Shown here: positions 20,691-30,709 of the stretch, piece by piece
Layout of the letters: each line of letters begins with the position of its first letter
Numbering within the stretch: the stretch's first letter is position 1
Assembly (NCBI GenBank): GCA_963715985.1
Contig: CAVQSP010000010.1
Coordinates: forward strand, 64,001 to 128,000
Source: an uncultured Thermoleophilia bacterium
GTDB lineage: Bacteria > Actinomycetota > Thermoleophilia > UBA2241
Length of the DNA stretch: 64,000 bases
Direction: 5' to 3'
Made by a program: the position numbers and the translations under genes
Notes under the pieces: generated by a model
What the model was told of the DNA's origin: nothing
Database searches by the model: none
What the model saw: only the letters and a program-made list of their open reading frames with translations

Positions 20691-22523
20691 TCATCTCCCC
20701 GCCGGTTTGAAGATGTCCTTGACCTTGGCGAGCGACCCCTTGAGGCGGTCCCAGGCACTGCCGCCGCCGGGCAGGACCTTGCCCTCACTCGCCTCGCCCA
20801 GCGCGTGCTCGCGACGGTTGAGGACGAGGTAGGAGATCAGGGCGCCTATCGGCAGCATCGCGAGCAGGGTACCACCGAGGAAGCCGGCCGCACTACCCGT
20901 GCCTCCGTCCGCGGTACCCGACGCCTCCGCGCTGCCCGACGGCGTCGGCGAGCTGACCGGCGTCCCGCTGATCGGGTACCCGCTCTCGTAGGGTGACGGC
21001 GTGGTCGTCGTCTCCGGCGAGGGCTCCGGCGTCAGCGTGGGGTAGGGATAGGGCGTCGTTGGATACGGCTCGGGCGTGGACGTGGTGGGCGCAGGCGTCG
21101 GAGTGGGGTAGATGGTCGGGGCCGGGATGTAGGTCGGCAGTACGGTCGGGACGGGGATGGGCGTGGGCACCGCGACCACGAAGCTGCGCTCGACTCTCTT
21201 GATGTTGCCCGCGTAGTCCACGATCTCCAGGCGGTAGGTGTGCGCGCCGTTGGGCACGTTCTTGAGCTGCAGGTGCAGCGCGTGCGCACCGATGTCAGCC
21301 GGCTTGGTCCGGTCCGTGCTGTCCACGAAGACGCGGCACTTCTTGGGGTTCACGCCGGTGCCCTTGGTCCCGTCAGTGTAGGTGGCTCGTATGAGCACTG
21401 TGTTAGAGGCGTATTTGACGCCGTTGCGCGGCGATGTGGTGAGCACTCTGGGCTTGAACACGAACGCCTTGAGCGCAGGGGGCCTCGTGGCGGGGTACGT
21501 CGTGAACGGCTTGTCGCGCAGCGCGGTGATGGCCCAGGCCGTGGTGGGCAGCGGGGAGCTGGAGTCGCCCTTCCTCTTGAGATACGCCCCCGTCTTCTGC
21601 TGGAGGGCGGCGAGGGCGGTGCGCGGCGTGCCGGAGCCCATCGCCCAGAGGGCATCGTCGGGCGTCTCGCCGAGGGCGAGGATGGCCTGGATGGCGGCCG
21701 CCGTGGCCTCTGCGTCCGTGCCCTTGTCGGCTACGAGGGGGAAGCCGCCGTCCGCGCTCTGGCTGGTCTTGAGGAACTGGCGCGCCGCGGGCAGGACGGC
21801 CGCGTCCACCGTGCCCTCCGCAGTCAGCGTGAGGGCCTGGATGGCGAGCGCCGTGTCCAGGCAGTCCGACGAGAGGCTCGCCTGCGCCGGGAAACCGCCG
21901 TCCTCCTTCTGCTGGGTCGCAAGCCACCTCCCGGCAGCCCTGAAGCGGTCGTTGTCGGTCACGCCCATGGCCTGCATGGCGAGGAGCGCCCAGTTGGTGG
22001 TGTGGACGGCCTTGAACTGGCGGTCGGAGGAGGCCGGCGAGAAGCTGCCGAACGTCTCCGAGCCCTCGACCATGTCCTGGTAGCTGTAGAGCTCGGCGAG
22101 GAGGTCCACGTGCGGCGTGCCGGCGACGAAGACCCGGTCCGCCTGGTCCGCCGCCACGTATGAGAGGATCGCCTGCGCGTAGTAGACCGGCGCGTTGTCG
22201 GAGTCCGTGCCCGTCGCAGCTTTGGCGTGGTCGTTGGCCTGGAGATAGGAGAAGGGGTTCTTGCCGCCGACGGTCCACATGGATGAACCGATGCGCTCGC
22301 CGCTGGCCACGGCGCCGATGATGACCCATTCGGTGGCGGCCATGGAGCCGAAGCCGCCGTCGGCCTTCTGCTGCGCGTGGAAGTAGTCGAGACCTCTGGT
22401 GACGGTCCTGGGACGGGGGTCTGTCTGTGTGTCGCGCCTGACGGCCGCGGCTGTGGCGACGAGGCACGCCGCCAGTGCGGCGGCAAGCGCGAGCGCCAGC
22501 CAGATCTTCCTGCCCATGCGCAT
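20691..22523 (-). CDS. Cell-surface protein with prenyltransferase/squalene-oxidase (alpha/alpha toroid) repeats, Ig-like domain, P/T linker and C-terminal TM
   Basis: Signal peptide; QxxDGGF repeats (QKADGGF, QKEDGGF, QSADGGF); beta-rich segment; PTPTP linker; TM followed by basic residues. Confidence 0.8.
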   Translation of the reverse strand: MRMGRKIWLALALAAALAACLVATAAAVRRDTQTDPRPRTVTRGLDYFHAQQKADGGFGSMAATEWVIIGAVASGERIGSSMWTVGGKNPFSYLQANDHAKAATGTDSDNAPVYYAQAILSYVAADQADRVFVAGTPHVDLLAELYSYQDMVEGSETFGSFSPASSDRQFKAVHTTNWALLAMQAMGVTDNDRFRAAGRWLATQQKEDGGFPAQASLSSDCLDTALAIQALTLTAEGTVDAAVLPAARQFLKTSQSADGGFPLVADKGTDAEATAAAIQAILALGETPDDALWAMGSGTPRTALAALQQKTGAYLKRKGDSSSPLPTTAWAITALRDKPFTTYPATRPPALKAFVFKPRVLTTSPRNGVKYASNTVLIRATYTDGTKGTGVNPKKCRVFVDSTDRTKPADIGAHALHLQLKNVPNGAHTYRLEIVDYAGNIKRVERSFVVAVPTPIPVPTVLPTYIPAPTIYPTPTPAPTTSTPEPYPTTPYPYPTLTPEPSPETTTTPSPYESGYPISGTPVSSPTPSGSAEASGTADGGTGSAAGFLGGTLLAMLPIGALISYLVLNRREHALGEASEGKVLPGGGSAWDRLKGSLAKVKDIFKPAGR

Positions 22524-22736
22524 CCTTTTTGCGTGGCCCGGGCGAGTGCGCGAGCTGAGCGCCATCGTACCAAGGCCCTTGGGCCGCGGCCACCGCTCGC
22601 GGCAGGCTCGCGGGCTTGTCCCGGGGACGCGCGCCCGCCCGCCGCGGTTCGCCGCGGCCCCTGCGCGCGCCGCCGGCCCCCGGAATATCCGTCTAGGGGG
22701 GTTCACTTTCGGGTGCCTGCGACCGACACGCACCGT

Positions 22737-23006
22737 ATGAGGACCAGTGCCGACAGAGGACGGCTGGACGAACCGGAGGGCGAGGTCGAGTTCTTCGGCT
22801 TCAAGCTCACCGTTCGGAACCCGCGTCTCGCGGAGCTGTTGAACAGCAGCGAAGACGAGGACGTCCGGGTGGTCGACAAGGGCGGCGCGGAGGCGGTCGC
22901 GCCCGAGGCGGCGGAGCCGGCCGTCCCGCGAGCGCCGGTGTGCCGCGGCGAGGAAGTCGGCGACGTATCGGTAGTGCGCCTCAGGCCGGCCCGCGACGAC
23001 GTCTGA
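22737..23006 (+). CDS. Small hypothetical protein (89 aa)
   Basis: ATG start, GC-biased third positions, fills the gap ahead of the GT operon. Confidence 0.55.
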   Translation: MRTSADRGRLDEPEGEVEFFGFKLTVRNPRLAELLNSSEDEDVRVVDKGGAEAVAPEAAEPAVPRAPVCRGEEVGDVSVVRLRPARDDV

Positions 23007-23048
23007 GTCTGAGTCCTCGCCTGCGAGGATGTATCCTTGGGAGCCGAC

Positions 23049-24101
23049 ATGGCTTCCCTTCTCTCACTGGTCATCCCCGTCTACAACGAGGCGGAGAGCC
23101 TCGAACCGCTCGTCGCCGAGATCGACGAGGCGCTCACGGCTGCCGGCCTGGCCTTCGAGATCGTCTTCGTGGACGACGGCTCCAGCGACGGGTCGTTCGC
23201 CGTCATGCAGCGGCTGGCGACGGCGCGCCGCGACGTACGCGTGGTCAAGCTGCGTCGCAACTTCGGCAAGGCGGCGGCCCTCTCCCACGGCTTCGAGGTG
23301 TGCCGTGGTGACGTGGTCGTGACGCTCGACGGCGATCGCCAGGACGACCCCGCCGAGATCCCGCGCCTGGTGGCGCGCCTGGACGAAGGGTACGACCTCG
23401 TCTCGGGCTGGAAGCAGAGCCGCCAGGACCCCATCAACAAGACGCTGCCGTCGAGGTTCTTCAACTGGACGGTGCGGCGTACCACGGGCCTGCCGCTGCA
23501 CGACTTCAACTGCGGCCTCAAGGCGTACCGCCGCGACGTGGTGGACACCATCCACATCTACGGCGAGCAGCACCGCTACATCCCGGTGGTGGCGTCGCAA
23601 GCCGGGTTCACGGTCGCGGAAGAGCGCGTCAACCACCGCCGCCGCACGGCCGGGGTCTCCAAGTACGGGTGGCAGCGCTACCTGCGCGGCTATCTTGACC
23701 TGACCACGGTGTTGTTCCTCGGGCGCTACCAGCACCGTCCCCAGCACCTGTTCGGCGGCATCGGCACGCTGCTCATCCTCATCGGGCTTCTCGTGGAGCT
23801 CTACCTCACCGTCGACAAGATCGTGTTCGGCAACCCCATCGGGCAGCGCCCGCTCCTTCTCCTGGGGGCGCTGCTCATCATCGTCGGCGTGCAGCTGCTC
23901 TCGCTCGGCCTCATCGGGGAGCTCATCGCCAACTCGAGGGCACGTGAGGGCCCGGACACGCTGCAGGTGGCATGCATCGTAGAGGCGGCCGCCCCTGCCG
24001 CGATCCCCGCCGCGGGTCGGCCCGTCGCGATGGACGCGATGGGGGACGCTCATGCGGGGGTCGCCACGCCGGCCGCACCGGGCGCCGCCGACACGCCGTG
24101 A
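23049..24101 (+). CDS. GT2 polyprenyl-phosphate glycosyltransferase (ArnC/DPM-like)
   Basis: IPVYNE, VDDGSSD, RNFGK, LDGDRQD, HDFNCGLKAYR; two C-terminal TMs. Confidence 0.92.
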   Translation: MASLLSLVIPVYNEAESLEPLVAEIDEALTAAGLAFEIVFVDDGSSDGSFAVMQRLATARRDVRVVKLRRNFGKAAALSHGFEVCRGDVVVTLDGDRQDDPAEIPRLVARLDEGYDLVSGWKQSRQDPINKTLPSRFFNWTVRRTTGLPLHDFNCGLKAYRRDVVDTIHIYGEQHRYIPVVASQAGFTVAEERVNHRRRTAGVSKYGWQRYLRGYLDLTTVLFLGRYQHRPQHLFGGIGTLLILIGLLVELYLTVDKIVFGNPIGQRPLLLLGALLIIVGVQLLSLGLIGELIANSRAREGPDTLQVACIVEAAAPAAIPAAGRPVAMDAMGDAHAGVATPAAPGAADTP

Positions 24102-25216
24102 CCCGCGCCGTCGCCTACTTCGGCACGTACGACCCCGACTACCCGCGCAACGCCGTCATCATCACCGGCCTGCGTGAGCGCGGGGTGGCCGTGTACGAGT
24201 TCCGGGCGCCGCTGCCGCCGCTGAGCGCAGCGGAGATGGCCACGCCGGCGGGCGCTGCCCGCCTGGCCGCCGCCGTCGCGGCCGCGCACGTGCGGCTCAT
24301 GGCCCAGCACCGTCGTGGGCTGGACGTGGACGCGGTGGTCGTCGGGTACCCCGGCCACTTCCTGGTGCCGTTCGGGCGCGCCCTGTCGGCGTACAGGCGC
24401 GCCCCGCTCGTCTTCGATCCGCTGGTGTCGCTCTGGGACACCTTCGCAGGTGACCGCGGCCTCGTGCAGGGCGGTGGCTGGAGGGCCTCAGCAGTGCACG
24501 CGGTCGACGAGGTCGCCTTCGCCCTTCCGCGGCTGGTGCTCGCGGACACCTGGGCGCACGCCGCGTACTACCAGGAGGCTCTCGGGGTCAGTCGCGACCG
24601 TCTGGCCGTGGTCCCTGTCGGCGCGCAGCCGGAACCCAAGGCCACGGGTGCGGCGCGGGAGCTCACCGCCGGCGAGGCGCTCATCGTGTTCCAGTACGGC
24701 AAGTGGAGCCCCCTGCACGGCGCCGAGACCGTGCTGGAGGCGGCCGAGCTGCTCCGCGACGAGCCGATCCGCTTCGTGCTGGCGGGTGAGGGGCAGTCCT
24801 CGGAGACGCTGCGCGCTCGCATCGCTCAGCGGCGTTTGGCCAATGTGGAGTGGACCGGCGCGCAGGCACCTGCGGCGCTGCGCGCGCGAACGCTGGCGGC
24901 AGACGTCTGCCTGGGCGTGTTCGGCGGGTCCGCCAAGGCTGCCCGCGTCGTCCCCAACAAGGCGTACGACGCGCTGGCCTGCGGGCGGCCGTTGGTGACG
25001 GGCGACACGCCCGGCGCCCGCGAGCTGCTGCACGACGGCGAGGACGCGCTGCTCGTGCCGACCGGCGACGGTGAGGCGCTGGCAGGGGGTCTGCGCCGGC
25101 TCGCCGACCGCGGGCTGCGTGAGCGGCTGGCGGCGGCCGGCCTGACCCTGTATCGCCGCCGCCTGACTCCCGCCGCCGTGGCCGGCACGCTGCTCGCGGA
25201 GCTGGAGCGCGTGTGA
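24098..25216 (+). CDS. GT4 glycosyltransferase
   Basis: YPRN, PLHG, VPNKAYDALACG.P; GT-B fold. Confidence 0.88.
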   Translation: MTRAVAYFGTYDPDYPRNAVIITGLRERGVAVYEFRAPLPPLSAAEMATPAGAARLAAAVAAAHVRLMAQHRRGLDVDAVVVGYPGHFLVPFGRALSAYRRAPLVFDPLVSLWDTFAGDRGLVQGGGWRASAVHAVDEVAFALPRLVLADTWAHAAYYQEALGVSRDRLAVVPVGAQPEPKATGAARELTAGEALIVFQYGKWSPLHGAETVLEAAELLRDEPIRFVLAGEGQSSETLRARIAQRRLANVEWTGAQAPAALRARTLAADVCLGVFGGSAKAARVVPNKAYDALACGRPLVTGDTPGARELLHDGEDALLVPTGDGEALAGGLRRLADRGLRERLAAAGLTLYRRRLTPAAVAGTLLAELERV

Positions 25217-26214
25217 GCCGCGAGCCTGCGGAACGCGGCTCCTTGGCGGGCCTGCGGCGGCAATCGAGCGACGACGCCCACGCGGTCGGGACGCGGCGCC
25301 GACCGCTGTGGCTGCGCGTCGCCCAGGTCGTTCTCGTGGCGGCGGCCGTGTTCTTCGTCGCCGTCTACCTCGTCCGCTCCTGGTCGAGCATCAAGGACTA
25401 CGACTGGACGCTGCGGCCGGGCTGGCTGGTGCTCTCCGCGGCCGCCTTCCTCCTCTTCTACTTCATGCAGGCCGTGGTGTGGTGGCTGGTGCTGCGTGGG
25501 GTGGCGGTGCGCTGTGACTTCCTCACCGCCGCCGCAACGTGGGCGAAGTCGATCCCTGCCCGGTACATCCCCGGCACGGTGTTCATGTTCGTGGGCCGCG
25601 CCTGGCTCAGCCATGCGCAGGGCATGCCGGTCGACCGCGTGAGCGCGGCGATGGTGTACGAGCAGGCCCTGGGGGTCTGCTCGGCGCTGGTCACGGTCGG
25701 GCTCCTCTTCCCGTTCTGGGAGTATCACCCCGGAGCCACCGCGCTGAGCCTCATCGCCATCCCGGTGATCGTCGTGCTGCTGCACCCCCGGGTGTTCCGC
25801 CCTCTGGCGGGGCGGGCGCTGGGCGTGCTGCACCGCCCGCCGCTCGAGGTGACGCTGGGGTTCGGCACCGTCGTCGCCCTGCTCGCGTACTTCGTCGTGA
25901 GCTGGTTCGTGGCCGGCCTGGGCGCCTGGCTTCTGGGGCGGGCCGTCACGGGGCTCGAGGTCGACGCCCTGCCGCTGGTCATCGCCGCCTACGCTCTCGC
26001 CTACGTGGTGGGCATGGTGGCGTTCTTCATCCCCAGCGGCATCGGCGTGCGCGAGGCGGTGCTCACGGCATCGCTGGCCAAACAGCTGCCGGCCGGGGTG
26101 GCCCTGGCTTGGGCGCTGCTGCTGCGCGTGTGGGTGACGGTGGTGGAGCTCGCTTTCGTGGCCATCGTCGCCGGCGTGGAGGCGCTGGTGCGGCGCCGCC
26201 GAGGTGCGGGATGA
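25213..26214 (+). CDS. Lysylphosphatidylglycerol-synthase-TM (flippase-like) membrane protein
   Basis: Multiple TMs; RYIPG and PSGIGVRE motifs. Confidence 0.85.
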   Translation: MSREPAERGSLAGLRRQSSDDAHAVGTRRRPLWLRVAQVVLVAAAVFFVAVYLVRSWSSIKDYDWTLRPGWLVLSAAAFLLFYFMQAVVWWLVLRGVAVRCDFLTAAATWAKSIPARYIPGTVFMFVGRAWLSHAQGMPVDRVSAAMVYEQALGVCSALVTVGLLFPFWEYHPGATALSLIAIPVIVVLLHPRVFRPLAGRALGVLHRPPLEVTLGFGTVVALLAYFVVSWFVAGLGAWLLGRAVTGLEVDALPLVIAAYALAYVVGMVAFFIPSGIGVREAVLTASLAKQLPAGVALAWALLLRVWVTVVELAFVAIVAGVEALVRRRRGAG

Positions 26215-27893
26215 GCAGCGCCTCCAAGGCCAAACGGGCGCGACGGGAGGCTGCGGCCGTCCAGGGCCGTCAGGCGCGCCTGGGCCCGCTGCGCCTTGCG
26301 CCGATCGCGGAGCTGGAGGCGGAGGACTGCGCCCGCTTGGCGCGCCGCGCCGCCGTGGCCGTCATCGTGGGCGCGGTGCTGTTCGCGGCCGTCTACGGAC
26401 TGCTGTCGTGGCTCAAGTACCGCGCCTACATGGACGCCAGGTTCGACCTCGGCAACATGGTGCAGGCCGTGTACAACACCGCGCACGGTCACTTCCTGGA
26501 GATCACCACCGGCGAGCTGAACGCGCGCCAGATGTCGCGGCTGGGCTCGCACGTCGACCCCATCCTGGCGCTGTTCGCGCTGCCCTGGCTGGTTTGGCCG
26601 AGCCCCGTGATGCTGCTCGTGCTGCAGGCGGTCATCGTCGCCACGGGAGCCTGGCCGGCGTATCGCCTGGGCACGCTGGTCACGCGCGACCCCCGTGCGG
26701 GAGCGTTCCTGGCCGGCGCCTACCTGCTCTACCCTGCTCTGGGCTTCCTCGTGCTCAACGAGTTCCATCCGGTCGCACTGGCGACGCCCCTCCTGCTGTG
26801 GGCGTTCCTGTACGTCGAGGAGGGGCGCTGGTGGTGGGCGGCGCCGTTCCTCGTCCTGGCCGCCGCCTGCAAGGAGACGGTGCCGCTCGTGCTCGCCCTC
26901 ATGGGCGTGTACTTCGCGATCCGCAAGCGCTCGTGGCGGCCGCTGATCCTCACGGTCGCGGCCACCGCCTACTTCGCCGTCGCCGTGTGGGCCGTCATCC
27001 CGCACTTCAACGGCGACCAGAGCGCCTTCATCGCTCGCTACGGCGACTACGGCGAGGGCGCCGGCCAGGTGGTCAAGACTGCGCTCACGCATCCCGTGCG
27101 GACCGCTGCGGACGTGGCATCGGAGTCCAACCTCACGTACTGGGTCCACCTGCTCTGGCCGTTCGGCTTCGTCTCGCTGCTCAGCCCGCTCACGCTGCTG
27201 ATCGCGGCCCCGGAGCTGCTGCTCAACGCGCTCTCCTCTATCGGCTTCCAGCGGCGCATCGAGTTCCACTACACCGCCCTGGAGATCCCGTTCCTGTACG
27301 CGGCTGCCGTGCTCGGCCTGATGAGGTTGTGGCGCTGGCTCGGGGGCGGGTTCCGCCGCGCGGAGGCGGCGATGCGGGGCCAGCTGCTGAGCCGTGAGAC
27401 CTTGGCCTTGCTGGTGCTGGCGGCGGCCCTGGCCGGCAACTACTTCCTCGGGCCGCTGCCCTTCTCGCTGCCCGGCGCCGCCTACGACGGCCGGGACTAC
27501 GCGCGCTCCTCCCACGATGCGACCCTGGACGAGGCGGTGGCGATGATCCCGGAGGGCGCCAGGGTTTCGGTGAACAACAACGCCGGCGCCCAGCTGGCGG
27601 CGCGCCGGATCTCGTATGTCTTCCCCTCCTTCACCGGTGCCGACTGGGTGCTGGTGGACACCCGGCACCCCTTCGTCTACGACAAGGAGGACACGGTCCA
27701 GCACCAGATCGCACTCGGCAAGCTGGTGCTGGACCCGAGCTTCCAGAACGTCTTCGCCCAGGACGGCGTGTACGTCTTCAAGCGCGTCGCGCCGGCAGGC
27801 ACAGGCCCGGGGGGGTCGTCGACGGACGGAGCGTCCACCCCGGCGCCCTCAGTCTCTCCCTCGCCGTTCGCCTCCGCGCCCGCGGGCGGCTGA
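26211..27893 (+). CDS. DUF2079 membrane protein (putative GT-C)
   Basis: FDLGNM.Q, H.DPIL, EFHP, CKE, FHY; multiple TMs. Confidence 0.85.
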   Translation: MSSASKAKRARREAAAVQGRQARLGPLRLAPIAELEAEDCARLARRAAVAVIVGAVLFAAVYGLLSWLKYRAYMDARFDLGNMVQAVYNTAHGHFLEITTGELNARQMSRLGSHVDPILALFALPWLVWPSPVMLLVLQAVIVATGAWPAYRLGTLVTRDPRAGAFLAGAYLLYPALGFLVLNEFHPVALATPLLLWAFLYVEEGRWWWAAPFLVLAAACKETVPLVLALMGVYFAIRKRSWRPLILTVAATAYFAVAVWAVIPHFNGDQSAFIARYGDYGEGAGQVVKTALTHPVRTAADVASESNLTYWVHLLWPFGFVSLLSPLTLLIAAPELLLNALSSIGFQRRIEFHYTALEIPFLYAAAVLGLMRLWRWLGGGFRRAEAAMRGQLLSRETLALLVLAAALAGNYFLGPLPFSLPGAAYDGRDYARSSHDATLDEAVAMIPEGARVSVNNNAGAQLAARRISYVFPSFTGADWVLVDTRHPFVYDKEDTVQHQIALGKLVLDPSFQNVFAQDGVYVFKRVAPAGTGPGGSSTDGASTPAPSVSPSPFASAPAGG

Positions 27894-27978
27894 ACCGCCG
27901 GTAGTGCCCGTCGCGGCAAGGCCCGTGTGCGCCCGGCCGGCCGTGCATCGTCGCACCCCGGGCCCCTCGTCCGCCGGC

Positions 27979-29297
27979 CTACGCCACCCAGCTGAACACC
28001 GCGAACTTCGCCGTGAGCAGGACGAGCACCACCACCCCGCCCACCATCGCCACCTTGTGCAACCGCGGTCTGTCCTGCGTGTAGAGAGCCAGAGCGACGT
28101 ACAGGGGGAACACGGTGAGCGTGAAGCGCGGGTAGGACATCAGCGGGACGTACTTGGAGGGGAAGAACAGCGGGTACGAGAGCAGCGCCAGCGCGTACAG
28201 CGAGTACGCGCCCGGCAGGCGCCGGGCCCCGTACCACAGGAGGAGCGCGGCGCCCAGGAAGAACAACAGGTTGATGGTGTTGGTGAAAGCGGTGCCGTAC
28301 GCGGCCCCCGGCCGTGGCACCGCCCAGAGGACGTTGGAGAACTCCGCCGCCACCATCCTGCGGAAGCCCCAGAACAGCGTGACGAACGCGCGCGTCACGG
28401 TGTAGTTGGGGAAGGCGAAGCCGCGCTCCCACTGTGCCTGCGCCGTCGAGAAGATCATCGGCTTGCCGAAGGCGAGCGCCAGGTACGCCATCCAGACGAG
28501 GATGCCCTCCACCACCATGAGCAGGTTGGCGATGTGGGAGTCGGTGCGCTTGATGCTCCAGCCCCGGCGCTGGTAGTAGTAGTAGGCCATGGGCACGAGC
28601 AGGATGACGCCGGTGCTTCGCGTGAGTGTGGCCAGCAGACCCATCACGCCCGCGAGCCGCCAGCGGCCTTCGCGGGCGAACACGAAGCAGGCCAGAGAGA
28701 GCACGAGGAACAGGGACTCCGTGTAGACGGCCTGGAAGAAGAAGGACAGCGGGCCGATGGAGAGGTAGATCACGGCCCGCCCGGCCGTCTTCTCGCCGAA
28801 GTCGCTGTGCACCAGCCGGTACAGGAGCCATACGCAGCCCGCGAAGCAGGCCAGCGAGATGACGATGCCTGTGATGACGAGGTTGCCGCGGAAGGCCAGG
28901 CCGATGTAGCGCAGGAGCAGCGGGAACAGGGGGAAGAACGCCGTGCTGCCGTCACCGTCGGCGTACCCTCCGGTGGCGATCTTGATGAACCACACGGCGT
29001 CCCAGTGGGCCCACGGGTTGAAGAGGTGGCCCAGGGCGCCGCGGAAGACCTCGGCACGGGCGGGGAAGCGCCAGCCGATGGGCAGGTCCTGGACGCCGAT
29101 ATACGTCGCGGCCAGGAAGCCGACGGCGAAGATGAGGACGCGGCTGCCGGCGGCCCAGGCCACGGCGCGCGTGAAGGGACGGCCCGGGGCACGGACGCCC
29201 GCCGCCGGCTCGTGCGTCGGTGCCGCCTCCGGGACCGCCGCCGCCCCCTCCTGCGTCAGGGCGGCCTCGGGGGGCGTGGCCCCCCGTGCGCTCTCAT
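27979..29297 (-). CDS. PIG-V-like mannosyltransferase (GT-C); start uncertain
   Basis: HWDAVWF, AFFPLFP, YTESLF, TRSTG, SYPRF. The frame is open to about 29301. The ATG overlapping the mscS stop would be in frame with one more base in a 6-nt homopolymer. Confidence 0.85.
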
Positions 29298-30115
29298 CCA
29301 GCGCCGCTCGCCTCCCCGGCGCCGCCGAGGACGCCGTCGGCGCGCAGCCTCACGAGGACGGCGGCGCGCAGATCGCTGGCGAGGGTGCGGCGGGCGAGCG
29401 GGTCCGCTACCCAGGCGTGAAGCCTCAGGCCGACGTCGCCGGCCCCCAGCAGCTCGACGGTGACGAGGTTCGCCTTGCCCTCCGGGGGCTCGGTGAGCTC
29501 ATCGGCCACAGCCAGGGCGGAGGCGCGCACCACGTCCAGATCGCTGTCGAGCGGCACCGAGAAGTCGACGGTCACCATGCTCCCGTGCGACCCCAAGGAG
29601 TAGTTGTTGACCATCTGGCTGGCGAACGCCTCGTTGGGGATCACCACGCGGCGCCCGTCGCCGGTGCGGATGAAGGTGTACGTGAACGTGATCTCCTCCA
29701 CGGTGCCGAACACGTCGCCCACGCTGATGTAGTCGCCAAGACGTACGGGTTGGGAGAACGCGAGCATCACGCCGCTCACGAGGTTGGCCAGCGGCGCTCG
29801 GGCGGCGATGCCGATGACGCCTGAGATGATGGCCGCCGAGGCCAGGATGGCGCCGGCCAGCGTCTGGAAGAACGCGAACTGGAAGAGCGCGATGGTGACG
29901 CCGGCGCCGATGATCAGCACGAAGACCAAGCGCCGGATCATGGTGTAACGCGTTTGGTCGGCGCGACTGGGGGCCTTGCCCAGCAGTCGGGCCATGGCGG
30001 CGTCGCGGCGCGCGAGGAAGAAGTCGACCAGGCGCGCCGCCACGAGCGCGATGATCACGTAGACCGCGGCCTTGAACCACGAGGTCTCGTAGAACGCCAC
30101 GGCGACGATGCTCAC
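29294..30115 (-). CDS. MscS small-conductance mechanosensitive channel
   Basis: ANLVSG, QPVRLGDYI, GTVEEI, VVIPN. Confidence 0.9.
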   Translation of the reverse strand: MSIVAVAFYETSWFKAAVYVIIALVAARLVDFFLARRDAAMARLLGKAPSRADQTRYTMIRRLVFVLIIGAGVTIALFQFAFFQTLAGAILASAAIISGVIGIAARAPLANLVSGVMLAFSQPVRLGDYISVGDVFGTVEEITFTYTFIRTGDGRRVVIPNEAFASQMVNNYSLGSHGSMVTVDFSVPLDSDLDVVRASALAVADELTEPPEGKANLVTVELLGAGDVGLRLHAWVADPLARRTLASDLRAAVLVRLRADGVLGGAGEASGAG

Positions 30116-30127
30116 GGCTGCGTCCGG

Positions 30128-30709
30128 CTAGGGGGTGCTCGTCGCGCCCGGCTCGGGCGTCGCCGAAGGCTCGGGCGTCAACTCAGACGGCAGGAGGTCG
30201 TCGCGGATGTCGTACAGCACACGGCCGGTGCGATAGTCGAGCATGGCGACGATGGTGTCGCCGTGCTCTGTGACCGTATCCACCGCGCCCTCCACCTGCC
30301 AGATGAACCTGTAGGTGGGCGTGACCGAGGACGTCAGTCTGCGGCCGTCGATGGTGTGCGTGAAGGCGTGCGGAGCGCGCGCCGGCACGAAGAGAAGCTG
30401 CACCTCGCGCGGGTCGACGGCCGTGCCCTTGAAGATCCACTGGGCCTTGCGCAGCGCCATTCCCGAGGTCTTGAGGGCGGCGTTGCCCGGCACGCCGATC
30501 GCCGCCAGTGCGAACGACCACCCACGCCAGGGCGCGCGCACAAACTCCATGCGCTGGCTGGGCGCCGTGTAGCGAAAGGCGACGAAGGCCGGGAAGATGA
30601 AGATGACGACGGCCGCAGCCACCAGTGTGACGACGAGCAACTGGCGGCCGCGACCGGGTCGCGCGCCGGTGGCGCGCGGGGCCTTGGGGCGGGTCGCGCC
30701 GTCAGCCAT
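30128..30709 (-). CDS. Hypothetical membrane-anchored protein
   Basis: N-terminal TM, Pro/Thr tail, coupled to neighbouring genes. Confidence 0.7.
   Translation of the reverse strand: MADGATRPKAPRATGARPGRGRQLLVVTLVAAAVVIFIFPAFVAFRYTAPSQRMEFVRAPWRGWSFALAAIGVPGNAALKTSGMALRKAQWIFKGTAVDPREVQLLFVPARAPHAFTHTIDGRRLTSSVTPTYRFIWQVEGAVDTVTEHGDTIVAMLDYRTGRVLYDIRDDLLPSELTPEPSATPEPGATSTP

Noticed and set aside
20691-22523. Squalene-hopene cyclase or prenyltransferase enzyme
   Set aside because: The protein is secreted and membrane-tethered with no DXDD catalytic motif; only the structural repeats are present.
22524-22736. Cobalamin riboswitch upstream of the surface protein operon
   Set aside because: No B12-box motifs were recognised, and a -10-like TACGAT lies only about 40 nt from the start.
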